A stretch of 64,000 nucleotides of DNA, taken from NCBI GenBank assembly GCA_964016885.1, contig OZ024743.1, forward strand, positions 363,506,001 to 363,570,000, read 5' to 3'. Position 1 is the first letter of the stretch. Each line of letters begins with the position of its first letter. The translations under genes were made by a program, and so were the position numbers. Below, in pieces: positions 43,225-56,152 of the stretch. Below the pieces are notes generated by a model. It did not search any database, was not told the DNA's origin, and was given only the letters and a program-made list of their open reading frames with translations. The stretch comes from Eledone cirrhosa (lineage: Eukaryota).

Positions 43225-44300
43225 TTTTCCCTTTCTCTTAATTTCGAGTATATTTTTTTGACCGGCCACCTTCCTGGTGGCAATGTTGTAAAAGAAAAGA
43301 AATTGTCATCCCTTGAATCGCAAGAATGTTTTGCAAATTTTGAAGGTGCCAGCTATCGCAGCCATTTGTAGACTATGAATTAGGGAGCTGCGCTTTTTGT
43401 CCGCAAATCCAAGTTCAGTCATACTTTGGTCCAAGCGGGTTGGTATATAACCCGTAGCACCAATAATGATGGGTATGAAGCTAAAGGTGTATCTTGGATA
43501 CTGGATTTGTAAACTCCTCATCAATGGTCCGTAGATGTCCTCCTTCTCCTGTATTTTTCTGACAACGTTTACATCAAGTGGGCAGCTGATCTCCACAACA
43601 GAACACGTTTTCAATGTGTGGTCCCAAACTACAATATCAGGCCGGTTGTGCTTTAATTTGGTGGCAGTTTTTATTTTCAGGTTCCACCAGTATTCCTTAG
43701 TGCCATCTGTCTCAATATATTCTTCCTCGTTTGTTTTTAATTTTGTTTTCCGAAGTGCGTTCCAGATGGTTCTAGCTATCCCATCGTGTCTCATGGGGAG
43801 GTAGTAGCGAGATGACATTCTTTCGCAGCTGGCAACAATGTGGCTTACATCCTCGATCTTTGTTTTACATAGCCTACATTTATTGTCAGCTGCTGGCCCT
43901 CCTCTTTTGTGCAGCAGATATTTGGTAGGGAGTTCTTGTTCCTGTATTGCATAGAGATATCCCTCAAGGTGTGATGTCATAAACTTGTCGGAACTCCATG
44001 CCAGGCTTTTTGAGTGGTTTATCCCCTCTATGGTCTGTGTTTTACGCCTCAAGTATCCATGCACAACTTTTTCTGTAAATTGGTCAATTTTTTTTATCTT
44101 GTTTGAACATTGAATAGGATCTTCCGATTTCTCTGGGTGAGAGATTTATATCAGGCTTTATTCCATATCTCTCCTCCAGATCAGTCGCTATTCTAATGAT
44201 ATTTCTTTTTTCATGGTCATAAACCTGGGCAAGATGGTTGCCAACCTTTTTCCTCTGTTGAAGGTGTTGCTTCAGTGTTACTATCCGGGTCTCATATGTT
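43225..44300 (-). mobile_element. 5'-truncated R4/Dong-like non-LTR retrotransposon (CCHC knuckle + PD-(D/E)xK endonuclease; ORF 43306-44064)
   Basis: AIQEQEL, CRLC...E..SHIVASC, RHD, NRPDIVV, VEISCP, IPIIIGATG; sits in a (TATG)n tract. Confidence 0.9.
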
Positions 44301-44360
44301 GTTAATATTGATTGTATGTATGTATGTATGTATGTATGTATGTATGTATGTATGTATGTA

Positions 44361-44436
<76 letters not shown>

Positions 44437-45142
44437 GTTTGTGTGTATGTGCATATGTACGTGCGTGAGCGTGTGTATTATTTGAAATCGTTTCAGCTTA
44501 TATATCCTATTAATAATACAACCGCACGATTGCGGTGCCCTAGCTTGGCCATGTTCCGTAAACTGAAACTAGTATAAGAATACTATTGTTGGTACTGCTG
44601 TTGTTTTTAACATGAAGTGCTTTTAAAACATGATTTAAATATAGAAACTGTGATTTGGGTAGGTTGAATCATTAAACGAATGCCCGACCTACCCATATGA
44701 TTAACAACTTATTTCTAAATTATTCTTTTAATATATTAGCTGAACGTAATCTCTTTGAAATTTCCAGCAGAAAGAAGATATGTGGACAGAAAGGGGAGTT
44801 TGGGGAAAGAGGGGGGAAGAGAGTTAGAAAGAGAAATGTTAATGAAAGAGAGAAAAGGAAAACAAGGGAGATAAAATGAAAGAAGAATGAAAGAAAAAAG
44901 AATAATCAATTGTTGAATAGTTTGGCGGAAATAGTATTTGCTCGAGTGATTTCCCCAAATGTTTGACTGTAAATGAGGCACAATTGAATAGGGATCAGTA
45001 ACAAAGGCCTTATATCCGATCCCATCAAACGCACATCTAACACCTTTATTACTGACCATATCTATACACACACCACAACTAACCACTTTATTTCTAACCA
45101 TTTCCACACATGATCTGCAGCTATCCATTTCTATTCCGGACT

Positions 45143-45603
45143 ATAGCTCACACAATCCACTACTAAACCTTTTATGTTCGAGTTTGTTATGTTGTGTTAA
45201 TATAACCACTTCTTTCTCGGGACCATCATTTTCAATAGCTCACACAATCCACTGCTAAACCTGTTATGTTCGAGTTTGTTATGTTGTGTTAATATAACCA
45301 CTTCTTTCTCGGGACCATCATTTTCAATAGCTCACACAATCCACTGCTAAACCTGTTATGTTCGAGTTTGTTATGTTGTGTTAATATAACCACTTCTTTC
45401 TCGGGACCATCATTTTCAATAGCTCACACAATCCACTGCTAAACCTGTTATGTTCGAGTTTGTTATGTTGTGTTAATATAACCACTTCTTTCTCGGGACC
45501 ATCATTTTCAATAGCTCACACAATCCACTGCTAAACCTTTTATGTTCGAGTTTGTTATGTTGTGTTAATATAACCACTTCTTTCTCGGGACCATCATTTT
45601 CAA
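45143..45603. repeat. Minisatellite, 5 x 92 bp, near-identical units
   Basis: atagctcacacaatccac starts at 45143, 45235, 45327, 45419 and 45511. Confidence 0.95.
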
Positions 45604-46100
45604 TGCCTACGCAATCTGAACTTTGTAAATCCATCTAGATATTTTTCTCGGGAGCAGTGCATTACTACATTAACAAATGTGTATTTCTGAAGACAGCATA
45701 ATGTCATTTGAAAAAGATCTGACTGTTATTTCTAGCTCATCGAGGGATCATATATAGGCTCCCTTATTTGATCGTTGATATGTGCATTGAATGAATGTTT
45801 TAATCTAAATCAGGCTATATTCTTATTTTCTATGTTAAGATCAGCCAATCTTCAAAGCTGAAGTGTTTTCTGAGTCTGATGAAGAATTCTTTGCAATTCA
45901 ATCTTTAGTATGCTATAGAAGGTTTAAGTGTTAGCTCAATCACTTAATATTCAACTTCACATTCTAATTAATGCATTATTTTAACGATGTTTAACACCAT
46001 ATTAAATGATCTGTTGGTGCTATGGCAATAACCTTTCCGTAATAAATCTGAGGCCTCATATTTACGTCGGGAATGATCAATATTATTATCATAATCATTA

Positions 46101-46327
46101 GGGTGGTGGATTGGCAGTATCGGTAGAGCGCCGGACACCATGCTTTGCAGCATAGAGTTACATACACCTCTTTACGATCTCAGTTCAGATGCCGCTGAGG
46201 TTAGCTTTGCCTTTCATCCTTACGGGGTCGATAAAATAAAGCACCAGTAATGTACTGGGGTCGATTTAATCGACTTTCCCCTCCTCCAAAATTGCTGGCC
46301 TTGTGCCTATAGTAGAAATCATTATTA
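46101..46327 (+). mobile_element. SINE family A (long variant)
   Basis: Family motifs; attattatcataatcatta duplicated on both flanks. Confidence 0.9.
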
Positions 46328-46824
46328 TCATAATCATTACATGAATTGAGCAATACTTTCAGCGTTTCCAATGTTAAAAGAATCATCTTGGAAAACATGC
46401 TCTAGATTAGCAAATATGTTTAAGGTTAACAAAAAGTGCGTTAGAGGTACCCTAACGATATTTACTGATCCCTGTATTGCTATTTTCTGTGTGCCTATAT
46501 ATAAAATAAGTGCCAATACAGGTACCGTATGGGATTTAACTAACTACACCCTCACGCTCAAATATCTCACTTTGTGTCTATGTTAGAAACCAGCATCAAT
46601 ATTCGCTGTTGTTGTCACTGTTGTTGTTGTTATTGCTGTTGTTGTCACTGTTGTTGTCGTACTAAAATTGTTTTGGTTTTTGGTCAAGGTTGTAGATATA
46701 GGCCATCAGTACGAAGTTGGTATTATGTCAAACGCAAGATTACTCTAGCAAAAGAAGTAATTATTAGCCGTGACTCTTGGGGAACAAACCTACAATAGAA
46801 GTGTTTGAACTATCCTTCTTTTAC

Positions 46825-47221
<397 letters not shown>

Positions 47222-47914
47222 TTTGAAGGAGAAGGAGGAGAAAAATATTGTAATTTAGTTGGTGTTTTCAAGATCAAAAGAGAAAGCATAAAGAAAGCTA
47301 AAATGAAAAGTTATTAGGGGTATATGATTGAATACGGGTAGAGAGAAAGACTTAGGTTAAATGGTGTGTGTGAGGTGGCGGTTTACCACACCATACACAC
47401 ACATACATGCACATATGTATATACATATATATACATGCATACATACATACGTATTTTACTGGTGGAGTTTCTTTATCACTTTCACCTGAAGAATTTATAA
47501 TTAGTAAACAGGAAATATCTTGCTTTTGATGTTGATTATACTGGAAATAACGTATTACTACTATTAACATTGCATACCAGTGTGTGGAAAAGACTGACGT
47601 AGATCAATAACTATTGACACGGTAGAGTACTATAAAGAAAGGACTGCCAGAGATCAATACTATTGACACGGTTGCTGGAGATCAAACATATGTGAAGAAA
47701 TAACAACTTACACTTATTCATTCTGCTTGAGAGCAATCCGTCCTATTTGTTCGGTTCATGGGCTAAATAGATGATGCATATGACGTCGGCATTACCTGCT
47801 TGCAAGGGACGGCATATTAGGCGACACTGTTCATTTTTTAAAGATGACATGGTCAACAAGATTTAGTGTAGCTAGTGTCCACTTAGTTATATTATTATAA
47901 TTATCATTGTTAAA

Positions 47915-47990
47915 GATTTTATGTAAAACCCCCGCCGTCACGTCTTGTATGTCCCATTTTTGTGCGCCCCTGTGGCAAATAAAGAAAGAT
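47915..47990 (+). mobile_element. Short 3'-UTR remnant related to the Tx1-like LINEs
   Basis: gtaaaacccccg...tgtccc...tgtgc..ccctgtggcaaataaagaa parallels 59826-59892. Confidence 0.6.
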
Positions 47991-48010
47991 ATATTAGTAT
48001 ATTACTTTAG

Positions 48011-48453
48011 AGCGGTGGATTGGCAGAACTAGTATAACGTCGGATAAACTGCTATAAGGCATTTGTTCTGATTCATTACATTCTGAGTTTAAATCCTGCC
48101 GAGATCAACTTTGCCTTTGATCCTTCCGAGGTCGATCAAATAAAGTACCTGTTAGTACTGGGGGTTGATTTAATCAACTTTGCACTTCTTAAAATATGCT
48201 GGCTTTGGTGGATTGGTAGTATTGTTAGAGGTTCGGACGCCATGCTTTGCAGCAAAGAGTTACGTCCCTTTATGGTCTGAGTTCAAATCCCGCCGAGGTT
48301 AACTTTGCCTTTCATCCTTACGGGGTCGATAAAATAAAGTACCAGTAATGCACTGGGTAATTGCTGGCCTTGTGCCAAAAGTAGAAACAATTATTATCAT
48401 ACTACTTAGGGCGGTGGATTGGCAGTATCGGTAGAACGTTGGATGCCATGCTT
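48011..48453 (+). mobile_element. Tandem SINE family A copies (two, plus a head)
   Basis: ggtggattggcag heads at ~48014, ~48207 and ~48413. Confidence 0.8.
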
Positions 48454-49019
48454 CGTCTCTCTAAGAAGAATATATATCAATAAACTATTTCATCAATTCC
48501 CCCACCTAAATCTAAACTTATCAGTCCACAAATAATTATCCTCCTTTATATCTTTACACTAATTCTATCCAACCAGCCATTTACATAAAATGGTTCCCTC
48601 TTATTTTACTCTTTGAATGATTTTAGTCATTAGGCTGCGGATACACGAGAACACCGTTTTGAAGGAATTTAGTCGATTAATCAATCCTAGTAGGTATTTT
48701 TTCAAGTCTGATACAAATTTTATCGACCTTTTTTTCTAATCGCTAGAATACTGAACATAAAACTTCCCAGAAAACATAAACACTATTTCTGAACTATGTG
48801 AGTATAGTTAACATCATATTTATATCATTATAATTATATTCTTGCTATTATTACGAAATACTCATTCACTCTTTCCCGCATGTGAACAGCCTCATTGTCC
48901 ATCGAAGAGTAGGTTTATTTGGATGGACAGCAAGGAATTTTTATTTCAACATTGTTTAACGATTAATCATATTTATTAATTTTCATACATACATACGCAC
49001 ATATATATGTATATATAAA

Positions 49020-49130
49020 TAGAAGCTTTCGCCGTATATTTTGACTAAAGAAATTTTAGCCTGATAGTTTCTAAACCCCACTATCAGGCTAAAATTTCTT
49101 TAGTCAAAGAAATACGGCGAAAGCTTCTAG
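49020..49130. repeat. Hairpin with ~48-bp arms
   Basis: tagaagctttcgccgtat...ttagcctgatag / ctatcaggctaa...atacggcgaaagcttcta. Confidence 0.85.
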
Positions 49131-49207
49131 TTCTAATTTCAAACTCGCTCGCTGTTTCAAAAACAAACTTATATGTATATATATATTATACATATATGTG
49201 TGTGAGT

Positions 49208-49290
<83 letters not shown>

Positions 49291-49689
49291 GCCAAGTAAT
49301 CAGTATCGGGTTATTTTGCTGATTAATCGATTTTAATAATCGGCCATAATTGTGTTATATTATTATTGATGGGCACGTATGGCAGAGCGAAAAATAACAC
49401 GAGGAAAACAGAAAAATTCGAAAATACATTGTATTTAGAAAGACATTAAAAATAAACTTTATTTCCTAAGACACACACAGAATCTAAGCCTACCAGCGCA
49501 ATGTAACTCTATTCCTAGTGCTCGAACGATCTGATATGGAAATTACTAGGGACTTCCCTGGTGGAGGTAACATCATGAAGGTTAAATGGTGTCAAAGTAG
49601 AAGGGGGACGCTCCAAACACACTGAAAGGATATTTGTTTACTTGATTTTTTTTAAAGGAATAAATTAAAGAATTATTTAAAAGGCCCCA

Positions 49690-50016
49690 CTCGGTCATGA
49701 ATAACCATGGTTTAGCACCTAGAAAGTTTCCCTCCGAGGCACAAGCTTGGACAAGGTTTGTTTTGTGGAACACCTGTAGTCACCCATGCATACCGGTCTC
49801 CTCTCTCCACGCCACCGATGTTGTCCAAGGGAAAGCCAATGACCGATACAGCTTGGCACCAGTGACGTCACAACTCATTTCTACAGCTGAGTAAACTGGA
49901 GCAACGTTAAATAAAGTGTCTTGCTCAAGGACATAACGTATCACCCGGTCCGAGAATCGAACTCACAACCTCTCAATGCACGCTCAATGTTCTAACCACT
50001 AAGCCATGCACCTTCA
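49690..50016 (-). mobile_element. SINE with a family-B head/core and a different tail
   Basis: cagctgagtaaactggagcaacg shared with the copy at ~28497; tRNA-like head ggcttagtggttagaac...gagttcgattc. Confidence 0.7.
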
Positions 50017-50107
50017 CATAAAGAATTATAATGATTCCGATTACAACCTTATTTAAAGTTATTTAAAAACAGCAGACACTCTACTCTTCAAAAAACCACA
50101 GCCAATT

Positions 50108-50252
50108 CAAATCGGAAAGACAGCAGCCTGTCTGAGGAAGGAGCCCTGTGAGGTGGAGTAGCTGCTGCAGCGGGTGACACTGGCCATTTTCCGTGACATT
50201 ACCTTTACCATTTCATTCGCAGGGTGCAGCTGAAACACCTCTTAGACTGGAG
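50108..50252 (+). pseudogene. Second CRE-like 3' remnant
   Basis: Nucleotide similarity to 41449-41580. Confidence 0.65.
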
Positions 50253-50841
50253 TGTAGAGTATGTTGTCCCCCCTTCCTGTGCCTTTCTTTCATTGCTTAA
50301 TTCTTTTTTTTATTTTCTTACTTTTTTCTTATTTTCCTCCTTTTTTTGTTTCCTTATTGCCATGTACATTGTACAATTTTTTTGCGACTTGATATTTTGT
50401 ATAGCAATAAACCAAATTAGATTCACTAACAGTTTTCTTACTAACAAGATTGGAATCGCACCACTCTTTGGGGATCCAGTTTTACTGAATCCACTATACT
50501 AAAACGACGTCATGACACATGAGTACAGGAGAATGAACAGGCGAAGTTTTAGATAGCTAACAACAAATAGATAGCCAAGTTAGGCATGTTTAGTTGATTA
50601 TATCTTTTTTTTTTACTTTTGGATTTATGACAATATAACTACTCCGTCTACACATGTTAGCGTTGCAGTCACTCAGTGATTAAACAAAACAGAAACCTAA
50701 CTGTAGGTACAAAATCTAGAACGTGTTCTGAAGAAAGGTTGCGCTTTTAAACGACACAGATCAATGGCAATAACAGTAGAAACTACATAGTACAATGAAG
50801 AAATATATTATTAGTTTAATGCTTGATATAGTAGGAAAGGA

Positions 50842-50878
50842 GTCTTAACGTTTCAGACGCTAGTCCTTCATCAGAAAA
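50842..50878 (-). ncRNA. Minimal PLE-type hammerhead, core intact
   Basis: UUU-CUGAUGA-A-GGAC-UAGC-GUCU-GAAAC-GUUA-AGA. Confidence 0.65.
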
Positions 50879-51169
50879 TAGAACGCAATGTTAAAAAAGA
50901 AATAGAAAGATTGAGGTGACGGCCAATGGCAGAAGCGAAAAGAAATTTAATAAATCCTTCTTGATTCTCACGTTCTAGGCAAAGATGCTTCAGGATTTTC
51001 CTACCTCTTCTAACTTCCCGCCATTGTCGTATTTTATCTTATATTCATTAAAATCAATTACAATATTCTTCCATATATTCCTTAATCATTATCAAATATT
51101 ATATCGACATATTTCGTTGATTTTGTTCTATCTAGCTATTTATCTATCTAACTAACTATATATATCTAT

Positions 51170-54100
51170 TTGCGGCAACTCAACGAATGAGACCATCATC
51201 ACCACCAACAACAACAATAACAACATTTCATTTGCAGCAACCGTTGCTAAGCAACAGAATTTTAAATATTACCTTTTAAAAAGTCCCAATATTTGGAAAA
51301 AGCTTCCAACTATGTGACGTTTGAGGGAGACACCACACACATACACATACCCCCACAAGTAAGAGAGATGACACAGAAAAAGAAACTAATCTATAGAACA
51401 GTTGACATCATTACCAAAAAAACCATAACGCTCCCAACAAGCGCTATTGAAGCTGCACTAAAAGATATCAAGCCAGACGTGGCATACCTCCGAAGAGCTA
51501 AACAGTATGGAAGTGTGTCAGTGCTCTTTAAGGGTGAAACTCTGGCTCAAAAACACTCGGTTCACCCAATAAAAACGGATCAACACATCTTCTTCCCCAC
51601 ATACATGGGAAGAAGATCCTGCAAAATAAAAATAACCAGGATCCCAGCAGAAGTCAACATATGGTGGATCCTACACTGCATCCTGTAGAAGGATGAGGAC
51701 ACCCTCCTATCTGTAGACAGGACAGATCGGAATAACTGGTTTGGAACCTGTATCGAGGTTCTGGTATAAATGAGGCCAGAGAAAGTTGAGAAAATCCCGG
51801 ACAGGATCGTCCTTGAGGAAGATGTCATCTCCATTTTAGGGGAGGGGAAAAGACCTCAGTGCCATAAGTGTGGTGTGGGAAAACCACACACTTAAAGGCC
51901 TTTTCCCCTCTCTTAAACAAACCGAGGACAAACAAGGTGTTATTACCAACACCAAAACCCCAACATCAACACCCCAAACCAAACCAAACACAACACAAAA
52001 ACCTGCAACATCCACTCCCACACCACCACAGACCAGAGACAACCACACACACAAAATCCAACTAAAAAACCCTCCATTGCCTCCTCCCTCCCTGTCAAAT
52101 ACTTCTACAAACACCAGCACAAACACTCTACCACACAACATACACCTCCCATCTACCCTCTGATTCAGAAGTCCCAGACACGGGAACCTCTACATCTCCA
52201 AGTGAGAATGAAGGGGAACGCCAAAAATCCAAAAAACAAAAAAGAGACAAAAAACACAAAAACAAAAACAGCTACAGAAAACACGCACACACCAACCCCA
52301 CCATAAACACACCGCCACAAACGACAAACACACCAACAACACAATCACCACCAACACAACCAAACACTTCACCAAGAAAACAAACACCCACACCACCACA
52401 ATCACAAACCCCAACCAAAAAAAAAACAAACAAAAACAGCACACATAAAAAACAAAACACATTACACATGCATAAAAACAACAAAAAAAGAATTGGTAGA
52501 CACTGTCCGAAAGGACCCCACTATCCAAACGGAAGGGAAAACCTTCCCCACCAACGACCCATCCCCAAACCTCAAACTGATCAGGGTAACAACCCTACAA
52601 CATGAAACATTGAAAGGGACCTTCCCATATGATGTGAGGCCCCCTTGCCAAAAACACCTTAACCGTGTCCTGCTACAAGGATTCCCTCCCTCCCCAAACA
52701 CCTCCAATCTGGACATGGAGATCGAACAACCCGACCTCTAGGAAACAAAAAGGTAAGTGTTCCTGCCTTTTCTCTCCCTAACTCTTCTTCACCAACATGG
52801 GGACTATACAAGTTGGATGTTTGAATGTAAGTGGCCTGGGCATGCCCTGGAAACAGGGCCAGATTTTAAATGATCTCAGGTCAAATTGTATAGATGAGAT
52901 AGCCATCACGGAGTCCAGGATTCACGACAGGCAGCAACTTTGAGATCTACGCATCTTTCTGTCATCCAGGAGGTGGAGGGGGACATACTGTTCTGTTTCG
53001 AAAAATCTTGGATCTCAAAGCACAAACGATTCACTTGGACCCGGAGCGCAGCTTGCTGGTCCTGGACGTGAATGGTAGTGAAGGTGGAGCTTTCAGACTG
53101 GTTGCCGTATATGCCCCGACTGGGACATCGCAACCAGAGTTCTTCAAGCGTCTGGAGCCATTCCTGGGAACGTCCCGCTCATTAATGTTAGCGGGGGACT
53201 GGAATGGCATCTTAGATGCACGTTGGGACTATGTAGGAGCTTGTGATAATAGAAGGGGGTGTAATAGCCTAAAAAATCTCATCAGCCAATTCCAACTGGC
53301 TGATAGATATCGACTAGACTTCTCAAGTGTACCACTGTGGACGTGGAGCAACCGCACTGGGTCTTCTAGATCATATTTAGATCGATTTTTAATTAGACAG
53401 AAAGATAAGGAAACATTAAGCTGTCCACAAATGCACATGGTTCCCTATTCAGACCACAAATTAGTCATCTGCGTAGTCAACCTTGATAGAACACATAGAC
53501 AGGGATCCGGATACTGGAAGCTAGACATGTTGCTTCCGGCGCGTAAGGCCTACAGTAAACGGATTAGCACCTTAGCTAAGTGCCAGTTGACGGGGCGATC
53601 GTCAACAACAGGTGGTGGAGCTCTCTCAAGAGAGAAATTAGAATAGAATCGATAGCATTTAGCAAGGAAGTAGCTTTAGAAAAAAACAAAACCGAAAAGG
53701 AACTGGTAGCTAAAGTAGAAGAGGCCCTTAGGAATGGCAGTACAGTTGACGTGCTAGCGGCGAGAACGGCCCTAGACCAGTTCTTCAACGTGAAACACGA
53801 AAGTTATATTGTCAGAAGTAGAAAACGTGCTCCAAGAAACGAGGGGGCCAAAGCTGTTAACTGGGTCCGAGTGGCAGAGGGGAAAAGTGGCAACAAATCC
53901 ACAATTCGGTCCTTGCAAGACAAAGGACACACTCTACTTGAATCCAAGCAGATGTGCACGGCCTTCCAGCAGCATTTTGCACAACTGTTGGGGCAAAGCG
54001 GTACGTCAAGGGAGGTGATAGACTTCAGCTCCTACCTCGACGGCGTACCACGACTCTCGAACACGGATGCCGAGAGCTGCGAAAAGCCGATCATAGCGAG

Positions 54101-56152
54101 CGAAATAGAAGATGCCCTAGGCCGCTGTGGGAAACGCAAGTCACCCGGTTTAGATGGTCTACCCTATGTGTTTTACATAGGCATGCCAGACTTGTTCTCT
54201 GGCGTCATCGAAGCGGTCTACTGCAACTGGCAGCAGAATGGGAGAATTCCCAGTTCTGTAGGCAGAGGCGTAGTAACGCTGATCAGGAAAGATGAGAACA
54301 AGGGGGATGAGATAAGCAATTTCAGGCCCATAACTCTGCTCAACACAGAGTTAAAGATTTTGGCCAAGTTGTAGGCAGCGAGGCTGGCGCTTGTCGTCGA
54401 GAATCTGGTAGGGGAAGCGCAAACGTGTACAATCCCGACCAGGTCCATACACGACAACCTCCACCTCATGCGATACATCATAGAGAGGGTAGGGTGTAAG
54501 CCTGGCTTTGGTGGGGCTCTGATCAACTTAGATCAGTCTAAGGCATTTGATAGGGTCGACCATCAATACTTGGAAGCGGTTCTCAAGGCGGCCAGCTTCG
54601 GTCCCGTCTTCAGAGGCTGGGTCGCTGCCATGCTTACCAGCATCTGCTCAGCAGTCAAGGTGAATGGCTACCTATCGGAGCCATTCCAAATTATGAGTTC
54701 CATCCGTCAGGGGTGCCCTCTCTCCTCCATTCTGTATGTACTGACTCTCGAGCCGTTACTGCGGAAGTTGGAGCTGTTGCAGGGCATCCCGATCGAACCA
54801 GGATTGCGGAAAGCAGCGTCGGCCTATGGCGACGACATAACCGTAATGGTGTGGGAAACCTCGGACATCGGGGTAATCGGCAACCTATTACAGGAATACG
54901 AAACGTTGACAAGAGCAAGACTAAACCCAAACAAGTCTGTCGGTTTGCAACTCGGCACATGGAGAGGCAAACCCATACCTTCTGACAGTGTGGTTGGACG
55001 CTGGACGGAAGGACCGGTGAAATTTCTCGGGGTCCGGTCTGGTCCAGACATCCAGGTGGACAAGAACTGTAACGAGGTCACGGCGAAGGTTTTTGCACTC
55101 ACCCAGAAGTGGGCTCAGTGCAAACTCTCCTTGAAAGGTCGAGCGGAGTTGGCGAACACTTACATAGCGTCCGTCATCTACTACTGCTTGACAGTCGTGC
55201 CTTCTCCCCCGCGAATACCTCACCAAAATGGAACGCCTACTCTTCAAGTTCCTCTGGAAGAAACAGGCTCCATTGGTGAGGAGATCCATCTGCTGTCAAC
55301 CCTTCTAACAGAGGGCTGGGCATGCTGTGGCTGATGATGTGCAAACACGCACTGAGGCTATGCCATCTCCAGGTGTTCCTGACCGGTGAACCGGCGTGGC
55401 TGTCGTTTGTGAGACTAGCTCTTCCACAACTCGTCTCACTAACAGAGCTGCAGTCCCGGGTCAAGCGAAGACCGAATATGGGTGCCTGGAACCTCGAGTG
55501 CCTTCAGGCGCTCACAGTCCTCTACCAAGCGGAAACGTCAATCAGCGGAAACTCCACTTCGACATTCTATAGGGGATTAGTGGAGGATAAGTGCGATGAC
55601 GTTCTCGGGGAAACTCTAGGCATCGAGGAAGACGAACTGACCAGTCTGTTCGGAAGGACTTTCCGTCCAGGGCCTATGGATAACTTCCAGAGGTCTCTGG
55701 CCTGGCAGTACTACCGAGGAGCTCTACCAGTTCGAGACAAAATCTACAGGAACGGACGCCCTGGCAGAGATCCTGCCAAAAGGACGTGTCCAAGATGCGA
55801 GCAGGACATCGAAACCGTTCTGCACGCAATTGTTCAGTACACAGGGGTAACCAACCTTTGGAATTATGTCGAACAACTACTGTCACGTGTGGGACGCAAC
55901 CAGTTGTCAGCCGAGTCCATCGTGAGGATCACCCTGCCGCTATCATTTAAGAATGAAGGAGAGGAGGTCTTCCTCTGTCTTGGTGGCTATGGCGAAAGAG
56001 GTAATATGGTGGACGAGGTTAAAAGGACTGAGGGCAAGCACCTTTCTCTCCGGACAACAACTTATCCCCTTCTTTATGTACCACTTCAGAAGGAAGGTGA
56101 GAGTAGAGAGAGAGGCGCTACACCCCAGTAAATTCGCTGAACGGTGGGTGAA
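51170..56152 (+). mobile_element. L1/Tx1-like LINE copy 1: disrupted ORF1 (~51170-52756) and ORF2 (52797-56152), 3' end missing
   Basis: APE motifs GDWN, YLDRF, SDH; RT motifs KSPGLDG, FRPITLLN, DQSKAFDRV, RQGCPLS, YGDD; CPRC..E...H; multiple stops and frameshifts. Confidence 0.95.

Noticed and set aside
45840-45908. Plus-strand exon candidate DQPIFKAEVFSESDEEFFAIQSL
   Set aside because: Isolated, with no convincing partner exons, and antisense to the better-supported model
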